64,000 nt of DNA from Candidatus Marinacidobacterales bacterium (lineage in GTDB: Bacteria > Acidobacteriota > Vicinamibacteria > Marinacidobacterales > DATDRI01), in assembly GCA_965219415.1 (NCBI GenBank), contig CBDCNP010000002.1, forward strand, positions 2,880,001 through 2,944,000, read 5' to 3'. Position numbers and translations under genes: made by a program. The notes beneath the pieces are model-generated. The model was not told the DNA's origin. It worked only from the letters and a program-made list of their open reading frames with translations, and made no database searches. Numbering within the stretch: position 1 is the stretch's first letter; the number at the start of each line of letters is the position of its first letter. Below are positions 29,720-40,528 of this stretch, in pieces.

Positions 29720-32700
29720 TACAAGCGCTCCTGGCGGATACGGGAGCCTTCGGCGTGCTTCTCGACGCGGATAGTGGCCGGCAGTCGCTCGGTCAGCTCG
29801 GGAATGTGAGTGATGATGCCGACCATGCGACCTCCGACATGTAGAGACTCGATGGCGCTGGCCACGGTGTCTAATGTCTCGGGATCGAGAGTCCCGAAAC
29901 CTTCGTCGATGAAGAGACTATCCAAATTCACCGCGCCCGCGGCGCGTTGTATTTGCTCGCTGAGCTCGAGTGCCAAAGCCAGCGAAGCGAGAAAAGTTTC
30001 GCCGCCGCTGAGCGTGTCGGCGCTTCTTCGCTCGCGGGCGTTGTCGTGGTCGAGCACGTGGAAGGCGTCTTGCTGATACTCCAAGGAGTAGCGTCCGCTC
30101 AACTTCTCGAGCCGCAGCGAGGCCCCGCCAACCAACTCTCGAAAGGCTTCCTCGAGCAAATACGCCTGGAAGTTCTCGCTTCGGAGATCCGTTGCAAGCC
30201 GCTGATAGACGGAAAATTCTTGTTGCAGGCTCTTTTTTTGGGCCGAGAGCTCGGCGGCTCTCTCCATTCGGCGCTCGATCTCTTTGGCCTGCTGCTCGAG
30301 CTCTGCCTTTTTTTTATGCCGTCCTCGTAATCGAGACGCTTGAGTACCGCTTCCTCCTCCGCGTGTCGCTGGGCCTGGTCGGTGACCGCCTCACCCCCGA
30401 GCTCCGTCTCGAGCTCCGACACTCTTTGCTCGGTCGTATGGCGCTCTTGACGATAGGTCTGGATCTCTTCTTGCAGACGATTCAACTCTGCGGCCGGGAG
30501 AGCAGCCCCACGAATCGCTTCCCTCTTGATCCTCGCGGACTGGAGTGCTCCTTCGACCTTCCTCTGAGCCTCCAGCAAGGCTCGGGTGGATACCTGTGCG
30601 GAACGCTCCGCCTCCTCGAGCGCCTTTCTAGCGGATGAAAACTCCGCCCCGGTCTTTCGCTCGGCTTGCTCCGCCGCCTTGCGGTTGCGCTCGATTCGTG
30701 TTTTCTCTTCAGCGAGTCGAGCACGCTCCTCCGCCGGATCCGAATCCCCGGCAACCTTGGTAATCTTTTCGTCGAGCCCGACGAGCTCCTCTCCCGCTTC
30801 CATAGCCCGCGATGCAGCGTCCCCCATTTGCTGCTCGAAACTTCGCGACTCCTCAGTCACCCTTTCGAGAGCGCTCCGTGTCTTCAGAAGCTCCTTCTCC
30901 GCTTTTTCCTGCTCCCTCGTCGCCAGTTGATAAATCTCGCGCGCTTTCGCAACCCGGCTGACCGCGGAAAGGATTCGGTCTTCTACATGGTCGCCTCGAT
31001 CGCCGACAGTTCCCTCACCGACTTTCTTCTGAAGGGCGCGTTCGGCACGCTCGATCGCGCTCTGCAGTCTGGAACACCTCTTGCTGGCCTTGGCGCGCTC
31101 TTTCTCGGACGCCCGTGCGGCGGCACGTACTTCCGCCTCCGCTTTGGCCCCCTCTTCGAGAAGGGAGCGCGCCTCCGCCTCGGCGCGAAGCGCCTCGTCC
31201 AATCGTGACGCGGTGTCGTCTAAGAGCGCCACCCGGATCGCCGGAGGAAGCTTCGACACCGGTTGCTCACAGACGGGGCATCTCTTTCCTTTGCCGAGCT
31301 CACCGCGAAGATGGGCGGCCGCATGTTTCGCTTCCGCCTTCCGACGCTCGGTTTCGATCTTCTCCGAGCTCGCTCGCATTTGTGGAGCGATTGGCGCAAT
31401 TTATCCAATGCGGCCTCTTGTTTCGACGCGCTTTCTTGTGCGCGAGCGGCGCGCTCTTCGGTTTCTTCCACTTCTGCCAAACCTTGCCGGGCCGTCCTAC
31501 GGTCAACAGCAAGCGAGGCGGCCTCGTCACGAGCGGCATCTAGTCGTCGATCCAGGTCCTGGTCATAGCCCGAGGCCTCGCGCTTCTTGTTAGCAACTTC
31601 CACGTCGCTCTCAAACGTGTCTACCCGCGGGCGGAGTCGTGTCCGGTCTTTGTCGGCCCGGTGGACCTCCTGCTGCAGTTTCTCCTGCTGCCCGCGGGCC
31701 TCGTCTCTTCGGCGCCGAGCGGCCTCTCTCGGAGCGAGAAGGCCTTTGAGCTCGTCGAGGGCTCGGATTTTCTCTTGCAACCCGGGCAGCTCTTCTGCGT
31801 GTCGAACCGCCTCTGCAAGCTTCTCGCTCGCCCCTTGGTGCGCTTGGCGAATCTCACCGAGCTCCGTACTCGCCTCGAGGGCCCGCTTGCGGTCTTCTTC
31901 CGCCCGCCCTTCGCTCGCTGCCGCGGCATCCAGGAGCGGAACCAGCGGTGCGACCTCCCTAGCCGCGGCCAGCTTGTTTTCATCGGACCCAATTTTCGAT
32001 TCGCGTTTATTCAAATCTGTGAGCCTCCCCTTCTTCTCCACGAGCTCCTTTGATTTCGCGTAGCGGACCCGGATCTCTTCGAGCTTTTTCTGAAGCGACG
32101 CTAGCTCTTCGGAGGCCTTATGAGTTTGCTTTTCGAGCACCCGCACCTGTCGGCGAAGCTCCTCCGCTCGCTCCGGCTTCACTTCACCATAGTCCTCGTT
32201 CAGCCGCTCACGGACACCTCTCAGCTTGAGCTCTAGCTCTTTGGCACGCTCGGCGGCCCGCCTCCTCATCGTCTCGTATATCTGAAGCCGTAAGAGATCG
32301 CGAAGGATCTCTCTACGCTCACGCGGTTGACTCTTCAGGAAACGGGCGAAGTCTCCTTGGGGAAGGACGACCGCCTGCGTGAACGCTTCGTAGCGAAGAC
32401 CCAGAAGCTTCACGATTCCAGAGTCCACACCGTGAACGCCACCCGCGACCGAGCGCTCGGTCCCGTTCACCAACTCATCCAGTTGAGCCCCGGCCGAGCG
32501 CCCTCGACGTCCGGTTCGGGTAACTCGAAACTCCCTCCGCCCGACGCGGAAATCCAACATCACCGACATGCGATCGAGACCGAGCGAAATGAGCTCCGAG
32601 TATCCCTTCCTCATTCGAGGGACCCGGCCGTAGAGAGCGAAGATGATGGCATCGAGTAGGCTCGACTTGCCCGCACCGGTTGGGCCGGAAATGGCAAAGA

Positions 32701-32782
32701 GCTCGAGCTCGGAGAAATCCAGCGGATCCTGGCGCTCCTTGAAGCAGGTGAAACCCTCGACGGTAAGTCGCAGCGGTCTCAC
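29719..32782 (-). CDS. sbcC: SbcC/Rad50 SMC-family ATPase, split by two frameshifts (about 31381 and 30310)
   Basis: Walker A GPTGAGKS, LPQGDF Q-loop, CPVC zinc hook, LSGGE, FIDEGFGTLD and IITH, distributed over three ORFs. Confidence 0.9.
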
Positions 32783-32870
32783 GAGCGTCGGGCCGCTGGT
32801 TGGGGTGACGCCACCGCGGGTCTTGGCTTTGTGGTCTTTGAGGCGGGCGCCCTAGTTTCAAAAAGCCTTG

Positions 32871-33226
32871 CTATTTTTCTACCTCGAACTCCTCGATGCG
32901 GGTTCCCTTGTCGGAATCGGGATACTCCGTTCGGTACCGAGTCATGTCTCGGAGTATACCCCGATGAGCCGATTGGTACTCCTCGGGCACCATCTCGGTC
33001 AACCTCTCCAAGCCGTTGAGGCAGCCCTCGACGGCGAGGTCCTGCATCCAGAGAGGGCTCGTTCCACCTCTCCTTCACGAATGGCCTTGGCGGCCATTAG
33101 ATGGACTCTCCCGTGGTCGATGTTCGAGGTAATGGTCTGAGAAACAAAACCGGTATACCAACCATAACCATAAAGATGTGAAAGATAACCAACCAGTAGG
33201 AGTCCGCCGGCGTACAAGGTAGCCAA
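32871..33226 (-). CDS. Small hypothetical membrane protein between sbcD and sbcC, probably frameshifted near 33052
   Basis: Hydrophobic N-terminus LATLYAGGLLLVGYL. After a TC indel the frame continues WMQDLAVEGCL...EVEK*. Confidence 0.4.
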
Positions 33227-33331
33227 AAGATAACGCTTAACGAAACTCGGCCCCGGTGAACCCCGTGCCGATTCTACTGTCGTGTAACACCCCCGATCTC
33301 GGGTCTCGGCGCGCTTGCGTTTCTGCTTTGG

Positions 33332-34501
33332 TCATCCGGTATTGCCCTGCTCCGCGTCGGCCAGCAGTCTGTCGAAGGCCTCGACCACCCGCGCCTCGGT
33401 CTCCGAACCGTGCTCCTTCCGAAAGTAGGCTTGATAGAGCTCCCGTGGCAGGGAGCCGCCGGGAGGACGCGAGCCGTCTTTTTCTTCAGCTTTCTCTGGA
33501 AGCTCCATCTCGACTGCCACCGCATTTGGAATCAACCGCCGGACTTTACTATTGACGTCTGGGTCCGCCACTTTTAGAGGCACTCTCACCCGCAGCCAAC
33601 CTCTTGCGGATAAACTCCCCGCCTCTCGCTCAAGCGCTTCCAGCCCCTTGCGAATCGATCGGAGCGGCAGCCCCCCTTGATATGGAATTTGCTCGACTTG
33701 GACTGGCTGCCGTGGGCGGGCATCGATCAAAACGAAGCTTTTCTCCTCACCGGCCTCGCCGAAATCTAGCTGCAGCGGAGAGCCGGCGTAGTAAGCAGGA
33801 GCCGGTGCGGCCTCGACCTTCTGCGGTCGGTGGATATGACCGAGCGCAATGTAGTGTGCGGTGGAAGGTAGAGCCTGCGGCGTGGTCGCCCATTCCTCTT
33901 CGAGGTGGACTTGCCGCTCCGATCCGGAGAAGACCGCGCCCTGGAGGTGAGTGTGAGCCATAACCAGATTGATGGTCTCTTGCCCGAAACCACCCACCAA
34001 ATGCGCGATGATCTGCCTCATCCCCTGGTCGTACTTTTGCCTAACCCGTGTCTCTTCACCGGAAAGGTCGAGGGCACTGACCAGACGGCGCGGGGCCGCG
34101 AACGGGACAGCCGCCACGCGGGCTCGCTCACCGGATTTCGCTTCGACCTCCACGAGGCCGCCGTTATCCAAGCGCCGCGGAAAAGCGACGGTTTGTACGT
34201 CTACGAGTTCGGCCAGCGTACCCCATGCTTGAAGCCGCGCCGGACTATCGTGGTTCCCGGCGATGACCACGGTCTTGATGCCGGCCCGCCCGATCCGCTT
34301 GAAGAAGCCGAAGACAAACCGCTCGGCCGCCGGGTTGGGCGCACCGCTGTCGAAGACATCCCCGGACATCAAGAGGAGGTCGATGCGCTCTCGCTCAAGG
34401 AAGTCTCCCAGGTTTTCTAGAACGTTGGCCAGTTCCGGAAGTCGATCGATGCGCTTCCAGAGCCGCCCGGCGTGCCAGTCGCTTGTGTGAACGATGCGCA
34501 T
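33332..34501 (-). CDS. sbcD: SbcD/Mre11 nuclease
   Basis: HTSDWH, GDVFD, AGNHD, LGHIH and YAGSPLQLDFGE motifs. Confidence 0.93.
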   Translation of the reverse strand: MRIVHTSDWHAGRLWKRIDRLPELANVLENLGDFLERERIDLLLMSGDVFDSGAPNPAAERFVFGFFKRIGRAGIKTVVIAGNHDSPARLQAWGTLAELVDVQTVAFPRRLDNGGLVEVEAKSGERARVAAVPFAAPRRLVSALDLSGEETRVRQKYDQGMRQIIAHLVGGFGQETINLVMAHTHLQGAVFSGSERQVHLEEEWATTPQALPSTAHYIALGHIHRPQKVEAAPAPAYYAGSPLQLDFGEAGEEKSFVLIDARPRQPVQVEQIPYQGGLPLRSIRKGLEALEREAGSLSARGWLRVRVPLKVADPDVNSKVRRLIPNAVAVEMELPEKAEEKDGSRPPGGSLPRELYQAYFRKEHGSETEARVVEAFDRLLADAEQGNTG

Positions 34502-34713
34502 AACTTCCTGCCCAGGCTTCACATAGGTAAGGAGAAACCCAGCCGAGGGGGCATCATATATCCGACTCCAAGGGCGTGTCTTTGCGCAGCATCACAGTTT
34601 TCAGGAAAACATCCGCGGCGAGAACCCCCTATCCCGCCGTTATGAGTCGACTTGCTTCTGGGGGTTTCTTCAAGCTACGCTCCATCAACCAGCCCAACAA
34701 TGAGGAACGATTC

Positions 34714-35079
34714 TTGAATGCCAAGGTAGCGGACGTCATGGCTGCCGATGTCATCGTGGCCACACCGGGCGACCTCGTCGGAGGGGTTCGCGAGCTCATG
34801 AGTGCTCACGACATCCACTCCCTGCCTGTAGTGGACGAGGAGAAGCAGCTGGTCGGCATGATCACCTCGACCGACCTCGTCCCGGGTTTCTCAGCTAAAA
34901 TCCCGGTCTCCCGAATCATGAGCACCCATGTCTACACCGTGACTCCCCAAGCCGACGTTCGCACCGCCGCACAGATGATGAGGCAATATGGCGTGCACCA
35001 TTTGGTAGCGACCGACGGAGAGAAGGTCGTAGGCGTCTTGAGCTCTCTGGACCTACTGCGTCTGCCGGCAGAGGGTTAG
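34714..35079 (+). CDS. CBS domain pair protein
   Basis: VADVM...SLPVVD...LVGMITSTDL and VVGVLSSLDL. TTG start after GAGG. Confidence 0.85.
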   Translation: MNAKVADVMAADVIVATPGDLVGGVRELMSAHDIHSLPVVDEEKQLVGMITSTDLVPGFSAKIPVSRIMSTHVYTVTPQADVRTAAQMMRQYGVHHLVATDGEKVVGVLSSLDLLRLPAEG

Positions 35080-35567
35080 AGTTCTCTCGGACGCCAGACG
35101 TGGATCAGCCTTCCATCCGTCCCGGGAGTGAGCTCGTCCCAACGGTCGACGGGAAGCTCTATCTGGGCCAAGGCCGCGGTGGGAAAGACTTCCCTTTGCC
35201 CAGTCAGAATCTTGACCAGCTCTCCGAATCCCGGGTTGTGCCCAATGATCAGGATTGTCTCAGCCGACGCCGGAGCTGATCGTTGAACCAGCTCGACAAT
35301 GGTCGTCGGTCGCGCAAGATATAGGCCCTCCTCGAACTGAATCTCGCCCGAGAACTTGCTGGCGTCAGCGACCATCTCCGCGGTTTTTCGTGCTCGAAGG
35401 GCGGTGGAGCTCAGGATCCAATCCGGTTGCAGCTTCTCGTTCTTGATGAGCTTTCCCACGACCGGGGCGTCCGTTTTTCCCCGCTTGTTGAGAGGCCGAT
35501 CGTGGTCCTCTAAGTCCGGATCCTTCCAACTCGATTTAGCATGGCGAAGCACGAGGAACGTCTTCAC
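35076..35567 (-). CDS. sixA: SixA-like phosphohistidine phosphatase
   Basis: RHAKSSW, DRPLNKRG, SSTALRA and GHNP motifs. Confidence 0.88.
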   Translation of the reverse strand: MKTFLVLRHAKSSWKDPDLEDHDRPLNKRGKTDAPVVGKLIKNEKLQPDWILSSTALRARKTAEMVADASKFSGEIQFEEGLYLARPTTIVELVQRSAPASAETILIIGHNPGFGELVKILTGQREVFPTAALAQIELPVDRWDELTPGTDGRLIHVWRPREL

Positions 35568-35570
35568 AGC

Positions 35571-36437
35571 CTATTTCTCTTTCTGGGCTCCGTAGTTCTT
35601 CCAAAGATACATGGCCGCGTAGGCACGGAAGGGTCTCCACTTTTCGGCACGCCGCAGGAGCGTCTTCGGCTTCAACCCCCGGCTTCCGCTCGAAGCACCG
35701 CGCAAGAGGCCCAGGTCCGTCTCGGGAAAGGCATCAGGATGACTCAGAGCACGCATCGCAACGTACTGCGCCGTCCACTCACCGATTCCCGGCACGTCTT
35801 TCATCTGCCCCACGAACGTACGGAGCTCCGACCGACCGTTGAAGGAAAGCTCCCCCTGGCATACCGCGCGAGCTAAGCGCGGGATGGCTCGAGCTCTCGC
35901 CATGGGGAGTCCGAGCCTGCCTGGATCCACTTTCGCAAGAACCTCTGAAGTTGGGAACAACACTCCCAACTCCCCCGTCCGCACTCTCCGTCCGTAGGCA
36001 AGAGCGAGCCGGCCGGCGATAGTCGTGGCCCCCTTCACGGAAACTTGCTGTCCGAGGATGGCTCGAACCGCGAGCTCGAAACCATCCCACGCCCCAGGTA
36101 GGCGGAGGCCGGGATACGCATCCACCAGCGCGAGGAGCCGCCTGTCCTGTCGAAGATGCCGTGCAACTTCCGCTGGATCGGTATCAACGTCGAAGATGCG
36201 ACGCGCCCTTTGAACGATGTAAGGAAAACTCTGCGGGTTAGGAAAGTCGATTCCGAGCTCGAGATAGTTGCGCCTAGCCACTCGGCGGACTTCGAAAGTA
36301 CCCCAGAATGCTCCGAGTGAAATAGTCCGGCGATAGGAGCTCTCGTCGACCACCTCGACGCCCGGGGTCGCTCGTACCGAAATGAACTCGACCAACGAGT
36401 GCCAATCATATGGTGGGCGAAAAGAAAGCCGAATCAT
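35571..36437 (-). CDS. alkA: DNA-3-methyladenine glycosylase AlkA (no Ada domain)
   Basis: AlkA N-terminus PPYDW...[17 protein letters not shown], Hh[12 protein letters not shown] and WRPFRAYA. Confidence 0.9.
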   Translation of the reverse strand: MIRLSFRPPYDWHSLVEFISVRATPGVEVVDESSYRRTISLGAFWGTFEVRRVARRNYLELGIDFPNPQSFPYIVQRARRIFDVDTDPAEVARHLRQDRRLLALVDAYPGLRLPGAWDGFELAVRAILGQQVSVKGATTIAGRLALAYGRRVRTGELGVLFPTSEVLAKVDPGRLGLPMARARAIPRLARAVCQGELSFNGRSELRTFVGQMKDVPGIGEWTAQYVAMRALSHPDAFPETDLGLLRGASSGSRGLKPKTLLRRAEKWRPFRAYAAMYLWKNYGAQKEK

Positions 36438-38174
36438 TTTGGCCGATCAATTCTCGAGTCATTCTCGAATCTGGCGAAGGGGTCGGTTACTTCTTCCGTA
36501 CCCGCCTCACTCTGCCGAGTAGCCCAAGCGGGAAACGGGAAGCGGAGAAGAATGGGAGTCGGGATCTCGGGCTGGGCGACGATCATGCTTCCCGGCTGCA
36601 GCATTTTCGCACGCAAGCGGGCGACACTGGTTAGAAATCCATATTGCGCCCTCTCCGCCTCTGCTGGGTCAAGACGCCCTACGACCTTGAGCGCAGCGTT
36701 CGCGATGACGCGCCGCTCCACTTCGCTTGCCGTTTGCTGCGCGCCGAATAAAGAAACGCCTAGCGAGCGCCCCCTTTCGGCGATGTCGAGTAACACGTCG
36801 CGAATGGGACTCCATCCTTCACGCGGCGCGTACTTGTTCATTTCATCCAGTACGACGAAAACCAATGGGCGCGAAGTCCCCTGTGCCTCTTTTCTTTCCA
36901 TCATCCGCTTCAGCAGAACTCCCACCACAAACATCTGTGCCGTGGAGTGGAGGGTATGGATATCCACGACCGTCACCTGCCGTTCTCCCCAGCTGATCCC
37001 ACACCCCGTGGCAGACGCATCGCCGCGCACCAGGTGCCCCATGTGCGAGGCGGCGGCGTGCAGTCGTCGACGGAAAGCATCGAGGGTGCCGGAGGCGACA
37101 TTACGAGGCACCATGCGATCCAGCGCTTCGTCGCCTAGAAGATCCACCAGCTCAGCGAAGCTCCGAAGTGAAACACCGTCCAGCTCGATCTCCGGAGCGT
37201 CGCTATCGCCTTGAGCCGCCGCGCGCTGCAGTGCCGACTCCACTATAGATGACGAAGGAAAGCTGAGCACGGCCGTCCTCCCCCTCGGCGAAGACGAACC
37301 GCAGCAATCGCTCGCGGGCGAACTCGCCGAGCGTCCAGAGGTAAGGCATCACGCCTTGTTGTCTTCCCCCGGTGTCGGGCATCGGCACGACGCTCGCGCG
37401 CTTGGCGGGAGCGAAGAGCCCAACGCTGCGAAACGGCCCCGCCTCGAGCCCTAAGCGTGCGTACTCCGCCTTTCCCTGTTCCGTCAACTTGACGTTCGGC
37501 TTATCGAGCCAGAGCAGATCCTCACCCTTTACGTTGAAGATGAGCGCTTTGGAATTGATTGAGTCTGCGCCCAGCCCTTCCGATTGGAACAGAGAGTACA
37601 GGAGGAACGTGGCATACGAGGTCTTGGTGGCGACACCGGGTACTCCGCTGATGGAGGCATGCGCGCCACGCGTACCGTCCAGAAACTCTAGATTCGCGTA
37701 CACCGGCTCGTTCGTCCGCGTCATTCCGATCGCCACACGACGTTCCATCTGATCGAAGTAGAGCGCCCGTTGGAAGTCCTCGCCCCGCACGACCCGAGCT
37801 TCATCGCCAGGATGCGGTGGTACGAAGACCTCCGGGTCGATACGAGTCACCTGCACGTGTGCGCCATAGGAAACTTCCACCGGTAGCGTCCCCGCAGCAG
37901 CCCGAAAGACATCGGAGTCGAACTGTGTGCCTTCGTAGCGCTTCCTGACGACGTCGACCATGCCGTAGAAGCGGATTCGTTGGCCGTCGGCGGTCACCGT
38001 TTCCACAACGACCAGATCGTCGAGTTGAACACGGCGCCCTTCCTCGACGCCGATCCAAAACTCGAGCGGCGTCGCGTCCACCGAGCCCAGCACCAGCCCG
38101 GCGCGCTCGCTGCTTGCGGGCTTCGAGGCCTTTTTCGTTTCGGATGGAACTGTTTTGGGTTTGGCCATGGGCAC
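36434..38174 (-). CDS. herA: HerA-family ATPase/helicase, frameshifted near 37248
   Basis: HAS-barrel N-terminus, variant Walker [29 protein letters not shown] and ERGRSLG...AQQ. Confidence 0.88.
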
Positions 38175-38186
38175 CTGGCCGGTATC

Positions 38187-38276
38187 TTACGCCCGTCGAG
38201 AGTGAGACGCGAGGTCGAGCGTCACCATCACCGGAACATGATAGTCGACATTCCAGCTGATGACTCGGAGAGACAT
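38187..38276 (-). pseudogene. 29-aa internally deleted remnant of an endonuclease/exonuclease/phosphatase (ExoIII-like) gene
   Basis: MSLRVISWNV (first EEP strand) is joined directly to DYHVPVMVTLDL (like the terminal SDHxPV motif). The ATG overlaps the nurA stop. Confidence 0.55.
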
Positions 38277-39130
38277 CAATTGAGAGCTAGCAGCGTTTGA
38301 ATATGGCGGCGGATGAGTCGGGCGTCTCCGAGGTGTCGACGTAGCCGATTTTCCAGAGCACCGATCGGCAAGAGGTTTTGAGGGGCGCGGGGGTCGCGGC
38401 TGCGTCCGGGCGCGAACTGGGGGAGCGAGTGGGCGGTTGCGTCGGCGAGCTCCTTCGCGGTCTGCACACCCACGGACTCGGAAACTTCGAGGCGTACTAG
38501 GCCCGACAACTCCGATTCGCCGGGATGAGGCGCCACCAAACGAAGGAACCAAGTGTAACGAGCGAACCGTTTGCTCGATCGCAGACCGAACAGTGGTGTC
38601 CGTGACCCGGCGGGTAAACGGGAAAGAAGATCGAGCTTGTCGTCGGGAATATAGAGTTTCTGGAGGCGCTTGATATAACCGACCGCGCCGCCCCGCAACG
38701 GATCTCCGAACGTGAGCGGGCCGTCCGCAACCACGAGCGTGTTCTCCTCATCGGCAAGCTCGCGGGCCAAACGCTCCTCAGCCAGTCGCATTTGCTCGAG
38801 GATGCCACGAAGCGGTGCGTCTACGTCTTGAGACGAGACGCTCATGGGTCGGTAGGTCAGCGCCGGCGCCAGACGCATCAGGCGGATCGGCTCGGGAAGA
38901 GACTCTCCGGAACCAACCACGATCACCCGGTCCGCTCTCACCTCACTTATCGTCGCATCGCCATGCGTCGCTAGGACGGAACCCACCGCGTAGCTTCCGA
39001 ATGCACCCCGACAAAGCTTGTCGCCGCGGCGTACGACAACACGCGCCTCCAGCCTTCGCACACCGTCAACGAAGAGGATACGCTCCGGCATCGTCGAGGG
39101 CGCAGGCTCGATCGGATCCCATCGATCGGC
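38276..39130 (-). pseudogene. nurA: NurA-family nuclease, 5' end removed by IS5
   Basis: FVDGVRR, VVADGPL, GYIK, WFLRL and DPRAPQNLLPIGALE..LR..LGD. The frame stays open up to the IS boundary. Confidence 0.85.
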
Positions 39131-40217
39131 GGCGTTGTTGCACCGCTCTTGGCTGAGCGCGAAATCTACCTATGGTGGTGGCCGAGGTAATGTTCGACCA
39201 TGAAGTATCCCAAGCGCAGCCAGTACAAACACGCGAAACAGAAGAAGTACCACGTTTCCAACTGGGCGGAATACAACGAAGGGCTGCGCCGCCGGGGCGA
39301 TTTGACGGTCTGGTTTGACGAGGAGGCAATCGCGAACTGGAAGGCCGACAAGAGCGGTAAGCCTGGCGGTCAACGGGTCTATTCAGAGATGGCGATTGAA
39401 ACGGGCCTGGTTGTCCGGATGGTGTACAAGCTTGCCTACCGCCAAACCGAAGGCTTCTTGCACTCGATCGCCTCGCTTCTCCGGCTGTGTATCGAGATCC
39501 CGGACTACTCGACGTTGTGTCGGCGGTCGAGGCTGCTCCGCAAGAAGCTGCGGATTCGAAAAGCCGCAAGCAATCAACCAATCCACCTGATGATCGATAG
39601 CACGGGCTTGAGGATTCATGTTGGAACCACCCGCAAACCGCCAAAGCAGCGCGCCTGGCGCAAGTTGCACATCGCCGTTGATCGCAAGACCGGCAACATT
39701 GTTGCGTCCGAACTGACGGCGTCACGAGCTTGCGACGCAACGCGAGTCCCCCCTTTGCTAACACAGATTCAAGCACCTATAGCGTCGGTGGCGGCGGACA
39801 GTGCATACGACAAGGAAGCGGTCTACGAAGCCATCGAAGCGCACAGCCCTGGACGAAGGACGCGCGTGGTGATTCCGCCGCAACGAAACGCCACGCTCAG
39901 TCAGAATTCGAACACCGCCATGCGGGAACGCGACCGCCATATTCGTGCAATCGAAAGACACGGCCGACGTGAATGGTACAAGCTCTCAGGCTGCACCGAG
40001 CGAAGCATGGTGGAGAACGCGGTCTATCGTTACAAGGCGATCATGGGGCCCGAGATGCGGGCTCGAACGTTGGCGAGGCAACGAGTTGAACACCGAATTG
40101 GGTGTGAGATACTCAACAAGATGACCGCGCTCGGCATGCCCGATACTTACTGCGCCGGGTGACTCTCCGACCGGCACAGGGAGGTCAGCGATTTGCGCCG
40201 GGCCGTGCAACAACGCC
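39131..40217 (+). mobile_element. IS5-family (IS903-group) insertion sequence with both ends
   Basis: Perfect 13-bp inverted repeats GGCGTTGTTGCAC (39131) and GTGCAACAACGCC (ending 40217). No flanking direct repeat. Confidence 0.93.
39200..40162 (+). CDS. IS5-family DDE transposase
   Basis: NWAEYNEGLRRRGDLT, PDYSTLCRR, IDSTGL, WRKLH, ADSAYD and RSMVENA motifs. Confidence 0.93.
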   Translation: MKYPKRSQYKHAKQKKYHVSNWAEYNEGLRRRGDLTVWFDEEAIANWKADKSGKPGGQRVYSEMAIETGLVVRMVYKLAYRQTEGFLHSIASLLRLCIEIPDYSTLCRRSRLLRKKLRIRKAASNQPIHLMIDSTGLRIHVGTTRKPPKQRAWRKLHIAVDRKTGNIVASELTASRACDATRVPPLLTQIQAPIASVAADSAYDKEAVYEAIEAHSPGRRTRVVIPPQRNATLSQNSNTAMRERDRHIRAIERHGRREWYKLSGCTERSMVENAVYRYKAIMGPEMRARTLARQRVEHRIGCEILNKMTALGMPDTYCAG

Positions 40218-40528
40218 TATTAGACTTGAAAAACTCTATAAATACCTTTTACCGAGACCGGATAGCTCCGAACTGCACCATCCGCCACCTAGTCTGGCCA
40301 ATTGTGGCACTGCAGAGACGGATGAGATTTTCCGCGCGGTTGGCGGGGTTTTGCAGGGGTAGGTGGCACCAGAGACGCGCTAGAAGGGCGGAACGGGCCT
40401 CATTTTCTGCATTCGTCTCTAATCGCGATTTTCGAGTGCCACGTTTGCGCCCAGTAGGAGAACGACGTCGAGACGTTCTCCGGCATTGTGAAGGATATCG
40501 AGATATTGGGAGCGCTGGAGAGTATCTT

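Noticed and set aside
30300-30320. Programmed -1 frameshift at A-AAA-AAA in sbcC
   Set aside because: The heptamer is in frame, but the window has many homopolymer indels and sbcC has a second break, so sequencing error is more parsimonious.
40340-40380. Sigma54 promoters TGGCGGGGTTTTGCA and TGGCACCAGAGACGC
   Set aside because: The first has GG-N9-GC spacing. The second has a poor -12 box and no downstream gene on that strand.
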